From positions 1-40,824 of the forward strand of contig CAZDUN010000001.1 of the NCBI GenBank assembly GCA_964508615.1: a stretch of 40,824 nt of DNA, read 5' to 3'. Origin of the DNA: an uncultured Pelolinea sp. (lineage in GTDB: Bacteria; Chloroflexota; Anaerolineae; Anaerolineales; Anaerolineaceae). Both the position numbers and the translations under genes were made by a program. This document shows, piece after piece, positions 1 to 9,290 of the stretch. Position 1 is the stretch's first letter. Each line of letters begins with the position of its first letter. The notes under the pieces were generated by a model that was given only the letters and a program-made list of their open reading frames with translations, searched no databases and was not told the origin of the DNA.

Positions 1-140
1 CGATGCTCCTTTTTGTCCAGTCGCTTCGTCTCACATGTTTCTGAACTTATTCATCAACTTGAATATGGCAAATGCCACTGAATGGATGTCCTTGTCGTGA
101 TTGATTTCATTGTCAGTGAATCGCTTTGACCGCTTTTAAC

Positions 141-169
141 TTGACAATGTAGAACATATGTTTTATATT
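141..169 (+). promoter_or_regulatory. Sigma70-type promoter with LexA-like (SOS) box between -35 and -10
   Basis: TTGACA (141-146), 17-nt spacer, TATATT (164-169). AGAACATATGTTTT at 151-164 matches the GAAC-N4-GTTC/T box of Firmicutes/Chloroflexota LexA. Confidence 0.6.
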
Positions 170-206
170 TGTTGTATATTTTTATTTGATCCACAAGGAG
201 GAAAAA

Positions 207-617
207 ATGAAAACCCACATCGGGCATCTGCAAATCAATGTTGACCCTAGGAATCAATCCTTTTACAAGGATCTGTTTGATTTTTTAAGATGGACGCCGC
301 TCTACCAGGATGAGAACATGCTGGGCATGGGCGATCCGCACGGCTTCGGGCTGTGGTTCGTGCCGGGTTTGAAGCAGATCGCCAACGACTACGACGGCGT
401 GGGCACCAACCACATCGCCATTGCCGCGTCCAGCCAGGCCGAGGTCGACCAGACGGTGGATTACCTGAAAGCGCATCAAATTGCCGCGCTCTTCAATACC
501 CCCTGCCACCGCCCCGAGTTCAGCGCCGGGCCGCAGGAGACCTATTACCAGGTGATGTTCAAATCGCCCGATAACCTGTTGTTCGAAGTGGTGTACACCG
601 GGCCGGTCGGAAAATAA
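207..617 (+). CDS. VOC/glyoxalase family protein
   Basis: AGGAGG RBS before ATG 207. Motifs HLQINV, GTNHIAIAA, YYQVMFKSPDNLLFEVV are typical of the VOC fold. Confidence 0.85.
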   Translation: MKTHIGHLQINVDPRNQSFYKDLFDFLRWTPLYQDENMLGMGDPHGFGLWFVPGLKQIANDYDGVGTNHIAIAASSQAEVDQTVDYLKAHQIAALFNTPCHRPEFSAGPQETYYQVMFKSPDNLLFEVVYTGPVGK

Positions 618-638
618 ATCTCAGAAAAGGAGGGTGAT

Positions 639-1265
639 ATGGACGTGTATGACGCCATCGCTCGGCGCATGACCATCCGCGATTTCACGGAAAAGGAAAT
701 TCCGAATGAAGTCGCGCGCAGGATCCTGGCGGCCGGTTTGCGCGCGCCCAGCAACGACCACCTGCGGCGCTGGGAGTTCATCCTGGTGCAGGATAAAAAT
801 CAGCGCGGATTGCTGATCGGCAAGATTCATCCATCCAAAACCGAAAAAGCCGCCGAGAAATTCGTGGATCGTTGGGGATTGACCGTTCCCTCCCAGCGCG
901 ACATGTACATCCAGGCCATTCCCAAACAGGCGCGCATGCTGCTGCAAGCCGCGCTGCTGGTTATCCCTTGTTTTCACGCCGATGGCGATCTACTGCATCC
1001 GGAAACGCTCTCCTCGCTGAACAGTTTCGCGTCCATATGGTGCTGCATCGAAAATATCCTGGTGGCCGCCGCCGGCGAAGGTATCTTTGGCGTGACGCGC
1101 ATTCCCTTTGAGTCGGAACGCAAGCATATCCGTAAAGTACTGAAGATCCCCGCTGGCTATGAGGTGCCCTGTTACCTGGCGCTGGGATATCCTGCTGAAA
1201 ATGCGCGCCGCATGGAACAGGTCCCGGTTTCCATCACTGAAAAGATCCACATGAATGCATGGTAG
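639..1265 (+). CDS. Nitroreductase family protein
   Basis: AIARRMTIRDF, LAAGLRAPS..HLRRWEF and C-terminal LALGYP motifs; AGGAGG RBS. Confidence 0.9.
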   Translation: MDVYDAIARRMTIRDFTEKEIPNEVARRILAAGLRAPSNDHLRRWEFILVQDKNQRGLLIGKIHPSKTEKAAEKFVDRWGLTVPSQRDMYIQAIPKQARMLLQAALLVIPCFHADGDLLHPETLSSLNSFASIWCCIENILVAAAGEGIFGVTRIPFESERKHIRKVLKIPAGYEVPCYLALGYPAENARRMEQVPVSITEKIHMNAW

Positions 1266-1311
1266 TCAAGCAGCGGCAGCCAGGTTGCATTACCTGCGGT
1301 AACCCATTGGA

Positions 1312-1357
1312 GAAAAAAATCCCGAACCCTGGGCATGTCGAAGGGTCGGGATATTTA
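1312..1357. terminator. Probable bidirectional intrinsic terminator
   Basis: ATCCCGAACCCT...AGGGTCGGGAT hairpin flanked by A and T tracts between convergent genes. Confidence 0.55.
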
Positions 1358-1382
1358 ATTTATCTGTGGTTTAAAAAGATAA

Positions 1383-2240
1383 TCACCCTTCCGAATACCC
1401 GCATAGCGCGATGGCCTGCGGGCCGGTGTGCACGCCCAGGATGGGCGATACGATGGTGGTGATCAGCTCCCTGGGATGATAGGTTTCGAGTACCTTTTGT
1501 GCCAGTGCCTTGGCTTCCTCCAGGGCGTTGTTGTGCAGTACGGCGATATGCATGGGCAATTTCACGTTGATATTCTTGAAAAACTCGCGCTGCATCCCTT
1601 CAATGGCCAGCTTGCGCGAACGCGCCGGCAGGCCTGCGCCCACCGTGCCTTTTTGCGGGTTGACGTACACCAGGGGTTTGATGGATAGCACTGATTCCAT
1701 CAGTTTGATCGCCTCGCCGATGCGGCCGCCCCGCGACAGGTATTCGATCGTGTTCAGAGAAATATAGTAAACGATCTTCTCGCGCACGCTTTCCGCCGCG
1801 GCGATCATTTCCGCCAATCCCCCGCCCTGCGCGCGGGTGCGCGCGGCAGCCATCACCTGCCAGCCCAGCCCCATTGAATTGTTGCGGCTGTCCATCACGT
1901 GCACGGGGATATCCATTTCCTCAGCCGCCTGCCGTGCCGAAACGATCGTCCCGCTCATCGCGCTGCTGATGATGTCGGTGAAAATCTGTTTCGCGCCTTT
2001 TTTCTTGAGGTTCTGAAAAATCTGCAGGAAGGTTGCCGGGGATGCCTGCGAGGTGCTGGGGTGGCTTTTCTCGCTCTCGAGCCGCTGGTAGAATTGTTCC
2101 GCGGTTATATCCACGCCATCCAGGTATTGTTCTTCGCCAAAAATGATGGTCAATGGCACCACCGTGATCTCGTGTTCTTCCCTCCATTCTTTTGGAATAT
2201 CACAGGTGCTGTCCGTCACGATCGCGATATCTTTGGCCAT
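1383..2240 (-). CDS. DegV family fatty-acid-binding protein
   Basis: IVTDSTCD, PSTSQ, ISSAMSGT, GGRIG and GVHTGP motifs; 285 aa. Confidence 0.93.
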   Translation of the reverse strand: MAKDIAIVTDSTCDIPKEWREEHEITVVPLTIIFGEEQYLDGVDITAEQFYQRLESEKSHPSTSQASPATFLQIFQNLKKKGAKQIFTDIISSAMSGTIVSARQAAEEMDIPVHVMDSRNNSMGLGWQVMAAARTRAQGGGLAEMIAAAESVREKIVYYISLNTIEYLSRGGRIGEAIKLMESVLSIKPLVYVNPQKGTVGAGLPARSRKLAIEGMQREFFKNINVKLPMHIAVLHNNALEEAKALAQKVLETYHPRELITTIVSPILGVHTGPQAIALCGYSEG

Positions 2241-2511
2241 GCCATTATCCTTTGTACAATTCCGTATTTTCAGGGCGATGGATTCTTTCTGCCCAAGTGA
2301 TGTGTATATTGTAGTACGGTTGCGCTGCTGCCACGAAGAAAATTACAAAACTGATAAAAAAAATAAGGAATAAAATACAGGCGTCTTTTTTTGAATAAAT
2401 CCATTTAATGAATGCGCTGCTGATCCTTTTCGGCATTCATCCTCAATTTTCCTTGTTGCGGGTATAATCAGCCAATTGTTGGAAAACCCTAAAAAAGAAA
2501 GCTGTCAGTAA

Positions 2512-3060
2512 ATGGAACCACACAATCGTAATATTAAACAGTATGCGTCTCCTCCCCCCATGACCATCGATACCCGCAAGCAATACGCTGCCACGGTAAA
2601 AATGGAAAAGGGCGAGGAATTCATCATCAACCTTTACGCCGATAAAGCACCCGTTACGGTGAACAGTTTTATCTTCCTGGCGCGTGAAGGCTATTTCGAT
2701 GGCGTGACTTTCCACCGCGTGTTGGAAGGATTCATGGCCCAGGGCGGCGACCCCACCGGAACCGGACGGGGCGGACCGGGTTACCAGTTTGCCAATGAGG
2801 ATTCCGATCTGGAATTTGACCGCGCGGGCATTGTGGCGATGGCCAACGCCGGGCGCGATACCAACGGCAGCCAGTTCTTCATCACCTTTGCGCCCGCGCC
2901 CCATTTGAACGGCGGATACACCATCTTCGGGCAGGTGGTCAAGGGCATGCCGGTAGTCAACAACATCAAGCGCCGTGATCCCGGCCGCAGCCCCGATTTT
3001 CCCGGCGACGCGATCAAGACCATTCTGATTGAGGAAGCGCAAGCGCAAATTCCGGAATAA
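2512..3060 (+). CDS. Cyclophilin-type peptidyl-prolyl cis-trans isomerase
   Basis: FHRVLEGFMAQGGDPTGTG, MANAGRDTNGSQFFIT, HLNGGYTIFGQV. Start uncertain. Confidence 0.95.
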   Translation: MEPHNRNIKQYASPPPMTIDTRKQYAATVKMEKGEEFIINLYADKAPVTVNSFIFLAREGYFDGVTFHRVLEGFMAQGGDPTGTGRGGPGYQFANEDSDLEFDRAGIVAMANAGRDTNGSQFFITFAPAPHLNGGYTIFGQVVKGMPVVNNIKRRDPGRSPDFPGDAIKTILIEEAQAQIPE

Positions 3061-3079
3061 ACAAAACTCAGCCAACCGC

Positions 3080-3113
3080 AAAGCCCGGTGAAGATTAGCG
3101 CCGGGCTTTTTCT
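3080..3113 (+). terminator. Intrinsic terminator
   Basis: AAAGCCCGGTG/CGCCGGGCTTT stem followed by a T tract after the PPIase gene. Confidence 0.75.
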
Positions 3114-3191
3114 TATAGATTATTGAGATATTAAATGCAAAGCTTCAGGTATAAATGGTTTGTCTAGTCTACAGATCAGGAGGATTTTGTC

Positions 3192-4154
3192 ATGGAATAT
3201 CGTTATTTGGGACGCTCGGGCCTGCGGGTCAGCGCGCTATCATTTGGTTCCTGGGTTACCTTTCATAACCAGGTGGATGTGGATAATGCCATCAATATGA
3301 TGACGGCTGCTTATGATGCCGGCGTCAATTTTTTTGATAATGCCGAAGTGTATGCCAAAGGCAAGTCTGAAGAGATCATGGGCGCGGCGCTTAAAAAACT
3401 GGGCTGGCGGCGCTCGAGTTACCTGGTATCCACCAAGTTCTTTTGGGGCATTAACGAAGGCGTGAATGAAAAGGACACGCTCAACCGCAAGTACCTGCTG
3501 GAAGCCATTGACGGCTCGCTGAAGCGCCTTGGAATGGACCATGTCGACCTGGTTTATTGCCACCGGCCGGACCCCAACACACCGATTGAAGAATCCGTCT
3601 GGGCCATGCATAACATGGTTGAATCTGGCAAGGCCATGTATTGGGGCACCTCGGAATGGCCGGCGGCGGATATTTTAGCGGCTATCGAGATTGCCGACCG
3701 CCATCACCTGCATAAACCGCTCATGGAGCAGCCGCAATACAACATGTTTCACCGTGAACGCTTCGAAGTGGAATACGCGCGCTTGTTCAAGGATTACGGC
3801 TACGGCAGCACCACCTGGAGCCCGCTGGCTTCCGGCCTGCTGACCGGCAAATACAACCAAGGCATCCCGGAAGGCTCGCGCGCCACTTTGCCTCACTATG
3901 ATTGGCTGAAAGAAAGCGTGACCGATAAGATCAAGCTGGATAAGGTCGCCCGCCTGCGGAAAATTTCCGATGGCTTGGGCGTACCCCTGGCGCAAATGGC
4001 CATCGCCTGGATCCTGAAAAATCCCAACGTCAGCACGGTCATCACCGGCGCCAGCAAACTGGAGCAGGTCAAGGAAAATATGAAAGCCCTGGACGTGGTG
4101 GCACAATTAACGCCGGATGTGATGGAGAAAATCCGCGTGATCCTGGAAGAATAA
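3192..4154 (+). CDS. Aldo/keto reductase (Kv-beta-like subfamily)
   Basis: [49 protein letters not shown]; AGGAGG RBS. Confidence 0.95.
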   Translation: MEYRYLGRSGLRVSALSFGSWVTFHNQVDVDNAINMMTAAYDAGVNFFDNAEVYAKGKSEEIMGAALKKLGWRRSSYLVSTKFFWGINEGVNEKDTLNRKYLLEAIDGSLKRLGMDHVDLVYCHRPDPNTPIEESVWAMHNMVESGKAMYWGTSEWPAADILAAIEIADRHHLHKPLMEQPQYNMFHRERFEVEYARLFKDYGYGSTTWSPLASGLLTGKYNQGIPEGSRATLPHYDWLKESVTDKIKLDKVARLRKISDGLGVPLAQMAIAWILKNPNVSTVITGASKLEQVKENMKALDVVAQLTPDVMEKIRVILEE

Positions 4155-4175
4155 TTTCCACTGAATCTGAATCCC

Positions 4176-4218
4176 AAGGCCATCCTGCGGCACGAATGTC
4201 AGGATGGCCTTCTTTTTT
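4176..4218 (+). terminator. Intrinsic terminator
   Basis: AAGGCCATCCTG/CAGGATGGCCTT stem followed by a T tract. Confidence 0.75.
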
Positions 4219-4261
4219 AAATGGTTTTCAAAATATAATTAATAATGAAAGCTGAGGATAA

Positions 4262-4759
4262 ATGAAACCTGCACTTTTGGTAATCGACATCCAAAAAGAA
4301 TTTTTCAATGAAAGCGAAGCCACCGCGCGGTCGTTAAGGGATGCGATCGAAGTAATCAATGAAGCTATCCGTTTGTTCCGCCATAAAGGTTGCCCGGTGA
4401 TCAGCATCCAGCATGTTGAGGAAGAGTACCACCTGTCGCCCGGCAATAGTGGTTTCGACTTGCCCGATGAGCTGGATATCCTGCCGGAGGATTTGCATAT
4501 TCATAAAAAATATAGCAATGCCTTCAATAAAACCAACCTGGCGGAAGAATTGAAAAAAACGAACGCAGACCCCATCATCATCACGGGATTCTGCGCCGAG
4601 TATTGCGTGTTATCTACCTACCGCGGCGCGCAAGACCTGGATTTCAAGCCGGTGCTTCTGCGCGATGCGTTGGCAAGCGGTGATGGCGAAAATATTCGTT
4701 TTGTCGAGCGCGTCAGCGAGACAGTATCATTAGGCGCGCTGGAAGCGTTCTTTGATTAA
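4262..4759 (+). CDS. Isochorismatase-like cysteine hydrolase
   Basis: ALLVIDIQ, KKYSNAF, GFCAEYCV (Asp-Lys-Cys triad). Confidence 0.9.
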   Translation: MKPALLVIDIQKEFFNESEATARSLRDAIEVINEAIRLFRHKGCPVISIQHVEEEYHLSPGNSGFDLPDELDILPEDLHIHKKYSNAFNKTNLAEELKKTNADPIIITGFCAEYCVLSTYRGAQDLDFKPVLLRDALASGDGENIRFVERVSETVSLGALEAFFD

Positions 4760-4873
4760 ACATTGATTGTGAAGGTAATTGGGGATCATCAAACCGCAAG
4801 CTGAATAATCGGGTGGGTGTATATTAATGCAAGTATGGTAAAAATAATCAGGGTTTTTGGATTGTCTTAATTT

Positions 4874-6460
4874 ATGGGAAAACTGCCGGATCCTGTGATG
4901 AAATCGGGCCTCGAGAAAACGCTGTATGGAATCGCTGCGCTGGTCACGTTTGTTCTCTTCTTTTTGCTGCTGAACGGGATCATCCAGCCAGCCGGGCATG
5001 TTTTGCAGGATGGCTGGCAGCTTGCGGGTGCGGAAGATGGCAGGCAGATTGATCTGCCCTACCGAAAAGATGTCGATCGCCTGACCACTTTAATATTTTC
5101 GCGCGATATTCAATATGAGCATGGCGACGCGCTCATCCTGACCCGTCCCGATGGCCAGGCGTTGCAGGTGCGTCTGGATGGGATTATGATCTTCGCCGTC
5201 GGCGATCCGCAGGAACCTACTGCGAATCTGTGGAATAGTACCTTTTGTGTACAGCTCCCCGACCAAGATGCCCAAACCGCCGAGTTGGAAATCCTGCTGA
5301 CCAGTGCTTCCTTTCCAATTGAAATGTCCATCCCTCCTTATATACTGGATGGCCAGGCCGCTCAACGACGGGTGGCCCTGATCAACTTTGTTTATAATGA
5401 TTGTCTCCTGATTGCCATCGGTGCCTCGCTCCTGATTGGTGTGATCCTGATTCTGCTTTCGCTCATGCAGAAAAGGGGCTGGAGCACAGAGGTGCTGTTG
5501 GGGGCGGCCATCATGCTGGCGGCAGTGGAGAGCTTTGACTATGTCTATAGCATCTCCCAGGGGAATCTGGCGATCTATTTCGCTATTAAAAAAACCCTGA
5601 TGAGCGCTGGATACCTCAGCGCTTTTTTGTTTTTGGCCGGGATGGAAAGGTATGGCCAGAAAAACCTACGGGTTGCAAAATTCATGGCGATTCCAACCGC
5701 GCTGACTGTCTTGCTGATCCTCGCGCTTCCCGAATTAACGGATTTGTTCAATTTGCTCTCGATCCTTAATGTGGTTCTGCTGCTGGATCTTGTGATCGCG
5801 ATCGTTTATATTTTTAAAAATTCCAAAAGCAAGCGCTGGATGGTCTTCCTGGCAGTCTGGTTGATATTGGGCTTGCTGCAGATGCTGGCTGTGATCTTCC
5901 TGGAGTTCCCCGGGCCTTACGTGATGCAAGCGATCATTCTGCTCGGCACCGGGATATTCGGGTTGAATCTGCTGCTGGATTTCAACCGGGTTTACCTTGA
6001 AAAAATGGATCTTGAAAAGCGTATTGTCCTGGATACGCTGACGACGGCTTACAATCGCAATATTCTGGGGGAGACATCGCAGGAGCTTTATGATGTGCTG
6101 ATGCTGATGGACCTGGATAATTTCAAAGCCTACAATGACCGCCATGGTCACCAGCAGGGCGACCAACTGCTCATCCAATTCACCGAGATCATCAAGAATA
6201 ATATCCGTCAGGGAGACCTGGTGGTGCGCTACGGCGGGGACGAATTTCTGGTGCTGTTGACGGAAATCGGTATAATAGACGCCGAGCAGGTCGCCTTGCG
6301 CATCCGTTACGATCTCGAGGCGGCAACACCTGGCGAAAACCTCAGCGTTTCATACGGCATCGAAAAGATGGAGCATTCTCTCGATTCCGATCTGGTCAAA
6401 GCGGACCGGCTGATGTACGCCATGAAACAATCCAAACAGGTACGCGCTAAAAATAATTAA
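4874..6460 (+). CDS. Membrane-bound diguanylate cyclase (extracellular domain, multiple TM helices, GGDEF)
   Basis: Many hydrophobic segments; DLDNFKAYNDRHGH, RQGD I-site, GGDEF. Start may be a few codons downstream. Confidence 0.9.
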   Translation: MGKLPDPVMKSGLEKTLYGIAALVTFVLFFLLLNGIIQPAGHVLQDGWQLAGAEDGRQIDLPYRKDVDRLTTLIFSRDIQYEHGDALILTRPDGQALQVRLDGIMIFAVGDPQEPTANLWNSTFCVQLPDQDAQTAELEILLTSASFPIEMSIPPYILDGQAAQRRVALINFVYNDCLLIAIGASLLIGVILILLSLMQKRGWSTEVLLGAAIMLAAVESFDYVYSISQGNLAIYFAIKKTLMSAGYLSAFLFLAGMERYGQKNLRVAKFMAIPTALTVLLILALPELTDLFNLLSILNVVLLLDLVIAIVYIFKNSKSKRWMVFLAVWLILGLLQMLAVIFLEFPGPYVMQAIILLGTGIFGLNLLLDFNRVYLEKMDLEKRIVLDTLTTAYNRNILGETSQELYDVLMLMDLDNFKAYNDRHGHQQGDQLLIQFTEIIKNNIRQGDLVVRYGGDEFLVLLTEIGIIDAEQVALRIRYDLEAATPGENLSVSYGIEKMEHSLDSDLVKADRLMYAMKQSKQVRAKNN

Positions 6461-6474
6461 GAACAGGAACCCTC

Positions 6475-7194
6475 ATGAGCACCATACAATATTCCATCTC
6501 ACCTGAAGTATTTAATAAATTCCCCGATTACGTCCGCGGCGTGGTTCTTGCGGCAGGCGTTCACAACGGCGCATCTTCGCCGGAATTGGTGAAATTGCTG
6601 CGCGCCGAGGAAGAATCTCTGCGCCAGCGCCTGGGCGTGGATGATATCGTCTCGGATCCCCGCATCAACGCCTGGCGCGAAGCCTTTCGCTCGCTGGGTA
6701 TCAAACCCAGCGAATACCGTTCATCCATCGAAGCCATGTCGCGGCGCGTCCTGCGCGGCAATGAACTGCCGGCCATCAACGCGCTGGTGGATATCGGCAA
6801 CATCATTTCACTGCGTCACCTGATCCCCACCGGCGGACATGCACTGGATGATGTTGCCGGCGATATCGCGCTGCGTCCGGCGGCCGGCAGCGAGGATTTC
6901 GTTCCTTTCGGCACGCAGGATCTCGAGCACCCCGATCCGGGTGAATTCATTTTCACTGAGGGCAGCACGGTGCTGACCCGCCGCTGGAGCTGGCGCCAGG
7001 CCAATCATTCCATGACCCTGCCGGAAACCAAAGTCATTGAGTTCAACGTGGACGGCTTGCCGCCGGTTTCGTTTGCCCAGGTCGAGCAGGTCAGTAAAGA
7101 GTTGATGGAGCTGATCGAAAAATTCTGCGGCGGGGCGCTTTCCTGCCAGTTTATTACGCACGAGCAGCCTTCCATCACCCTGCATTGGGATTGA
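6475..7194 (+). CDS. B3/B4 domain protein (PheRS-beta-related, stand-alone)
   Basis: AWREAFRSLG..PSEYRSSIEAM.RR, LPAINALVDIGNIISL, RRWSWRQ are typical of free-standing B3/4 proteins. Confidence 0.85.
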   Translation: MSTIQYSISPEVFNKFPDYVRGVVLAAGVHNGASSPELVKLLRAEEESLRQRLGVDDIVSDPRINAWREAFRSLGIKPSEYRSSIEAMSRRVLRGNELPAINALVDIGNIISLRHLIPTGGHALDDVAGDIALRPAAGSEDFVPFGTQDLEHPDPGEFIFTEGSTVLTRRWSWRQANHSMTLPETKVIEFNVDGLPPVSFAQVEQVSKELMELIEKFCGGALSCQFITHEQPSITLHWD

Positions 7195-7219
7195 TTGTGA
7201 GATTTCTTAGGAGGAATCG

Positions 7220-7471
7220 ATGAGCGAAAAGACTTACACGGAAGAATTTAAAGTCAATGGCGAAGAACTTTTGGAAAAAATCAAAGAGCTGGTGCGTGCC
7301 GGCAACGTCCGCCGCATCATCATTCGCAACCAGGAAGGCCGCACGATCATCGATATTCCGCTGACTTTCGGGGTGGTGGGCGCGCTGCTCGCGCCGCAAT
7401 TGGCCGCCATCGGTGCCATTGCGGCTTTGCTGGGCAGCGGTACGATTGTGGTGGAGAAAAGCGAGGAATAA
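7220..7471 (+). CDS. DUF4342 family small protein
   Basis: EEFKVNGEELLEKIKELVRAGNVRRIII...IPLTFGVVGALLAP; AGGAGG RBS. Confidence 0.8.
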   Translation: MSEKTYTEEFKVNGEELLEKIKELVRAGNVRRIIIRNQEGRTIIDIPLTFGVVGALLAPQLAAIGAIAALLGSGTIVVEKSEE

Positions 7472-7480
7472 TTTCACTGA

Positions 7481-8149
7481 TTGGAGAAACCGGGGATTGT
7501 GGATACTGCCCTGCGGCGTTTCAATGAATGCCTGAGCCCTGCTGAAGGACGTTTCATGGATGGTTTGCGCGCGCCCGCGCTCATCCAGGCTTTTCTGGAT
7601 GACACGCAATATCCCTCCGGGCCTGAAAACCGCGCGCCGCTGGATGTCCTGCGCCAGCGCCGGGCGCACTGCCTGGATGGCGGGTTGTTCGCCGCCGCGG
7701 CGCTGCGCCGCATCGGTTTCACACCGCTGATCCTGGATATTCAGCCTGACCCGGGCATGGATGATGATCACGTACTGGCCTTGTATAAAATAGATAACTG
7801 CTGGGGAGCAGTGGCCAAGTCTAACTACAGCGGGCTGCGTTTTCGCGAGGCGGTCTATCGCAGCCTGCGCGAATTAGTCATCTCTTATTTTGACGATTTT
7901 TTCAACGTGAATGGCGTGAAAACGCTGCGCTATTATACGCGGCCGGTCGATTTAAGCCGCTACGACGACCGGGATTGGATGATTTCTTCGGGCGGCGTGG
8001 ACTGGGTGGAAAATCATTTAAAAACCCTGAAATTGATCCCCCTGCTCACGCCGAGTCAGATTGCCCTGCTCAGCCCGGTTGACCGGCGCTCGTTCGAAGC
8101 TGGCTCTCTGGGCATCAACCCCGCGGGTGCTTACCAGCCAAAACAATGA
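7481..8149 (+). CDS. Conserved hypothetical protein, transglutaminase-like Cys-His fold
   Basis: AHCLDGGLFAAA, DDDHVLALY, WGAVAKSNYSGLRFRE. TTG start uncertain. Confidence 0.65.
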   Translation: MEKPGIVDTALRRFNECLSPAEGRFMDGLRAPALIQAFLDDTQYPSGPENRAPLDVLRQRRAHCLDGGLFAAAALRRIGFTPLILDIQPDPGMDDDHVLALYKIDNCWGAVAKSNYSGLRFREAVYRSLRELVISYFDDFFNVNGVKTLRYYTRPVDLSRYDDRDWMISSGGVDWVENHLKTLKLIPLLTPSQIALLSPVDRRSFEAGSLGINPAGAYQPKQ

Positions 8150-8174
8150 GTTAGTTGTTTAATAAGAAAAGAAT

Positions 8175-8795
8175 ATGCAATTGAACAGGATTTGCGTGTA
8201 TTGCGGTTCAAGTGCGGGGAAAGATCCCCTTTATCTTCAAGCCGCCCGTGATTTGGGCAAGGAGATTGCCGCCCGGCGGCTGGCGCTGGTGTACGGGGGA
8301 GGGAAGGTGGGCTTGATGGGTGCGGTCGCGCGCGCCGCCATGGACTCCGGCGGGCATGTGATTGGCGTGATCCCCAAAGCACTGCAGGAACAGGAATTGG
8401 CTTTCAGCGAGGTTTCGGAGTTACGGGTGGTCGATTCCATGCATGAGCGCAAAGCGATGATGATTGAGCTGGCCGATGGCTTTGTGGCGCTGCCGGGCGG
8501 TTACGGGACCATCGAGGAAATCTTCGAGGTGCTGACCTGGTCGCAGCTCGGTTTCCATACCAAACCTTGCGGTATCCTGAATGTCAATCATTATTACGAT
8601 CGCTTGCTGGAATTTTTGGATGATGCGGTGATAGCGCAATTCATCTTTCAGCCGCACCGCGATTTGATCTTGCCAGCCGGATCACCGGCGCAATTGCTGG
8701 ATCTTTTCGCAGCCTACCAGCCGGTGCGCATGAACAAAGCCGAATGGGCGCACCGCATGGAAAACCAGAACCCCCGTGATTATCCCGATGCCTGA
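8175..8795 (+). CDS. LOG family nucleotide phosphoribohydrolase (TIGR00730-type)
   Basis: ICVYCGSS, LVYGGG.VGLMG, MHERKA, PGGYGTIEE motifs. Confidence 0.93.
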   Translation: MQLNRICVYCGSSAGKDPLYLQAARDLGKEIAARRLALVYGGGKVGLMGAVARAAMDSGGHVIGVIPKALQEQELAFSEVSELRVVDSMHERKAMMIELADGFVALPGGYGTIEEIFEVLTWSQLGFHTKPCGILNVNHYYDRLLEFLDDAVIAQFIFQPHRDLILPAGSPAQLLDLFAAYQPVRMNKAEWAHRMENQNPRDYPDA

Positions 8796-8808
8796 AAAAT
8801 CGCCGGAC

Positions 8809-9266
8809 ATTCATAACGGTTGTCATTATGAGCCTGCTTTTATAAATCAGGCATTCATAACGATTGTCGATGCGAGCCTCCTTTTGTGGGTCAGGCTTTC
8901 ATGCCTGACTTAATAATGCTAAGGACAAACATTTTTAGAATGGTATTTATAATATTTGTCTTTGTGAGCCTATTTTTGTAAGCCAGGCATTTATATTGTT
9001 TGTCTTTGCGAGCTTGCTTTTGTAGGTCAGGCATGAATGCCTGACTTAATAATGCTAAGGATAATCATTTTTGAATGGCATTTATTACAGTTTTCTTTGC
9101 GAGCCTATTTTTGTAAGCCAGGCATTCATATTGTTTGTCTTTGCGAGCCTGCTTTTGTTGGTCAGGCATGAATGCCTGGCTTAATAATGCTAAGGATATT
9201 CATTTTTGAATGGCATTTATTATAGTTGTCTTTGCGATCCTTGCGCCAGCAAGGCGTGGCAATCTC
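8809..9266. repeat. Tandem array of three ~135-bp composite REP-like units
   Basis: TTAATAATGCTAAGGA recurs at 8910, 9046 and 9181 (period 136/135). Each unit has two ~44-bp subrepeats and the palindrome GTCAGGCATGAATGCCTGAC (GTAG-preceded at 9022-9045). The array ends in TGTCTTTGCG...CGTGGCAATCTC. Confidence 0.85.
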
Positions 9267-9290
9267 AACCTGATGATGATTGGCGCCTGC

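Noticed and set aside
2443-3081. 212-aa minus-strand ORF
   Set aside because: Antisense shadow of the cyclophilin gene; no recognisable motifs.
8809-9266. CRISPR array interpretation of the repeats
   Set aside because: The sequence between the conserved blocks is itself repeated rather than unique spacers, the period is ~135 bp with degenerate copies, and there are no cas genes.
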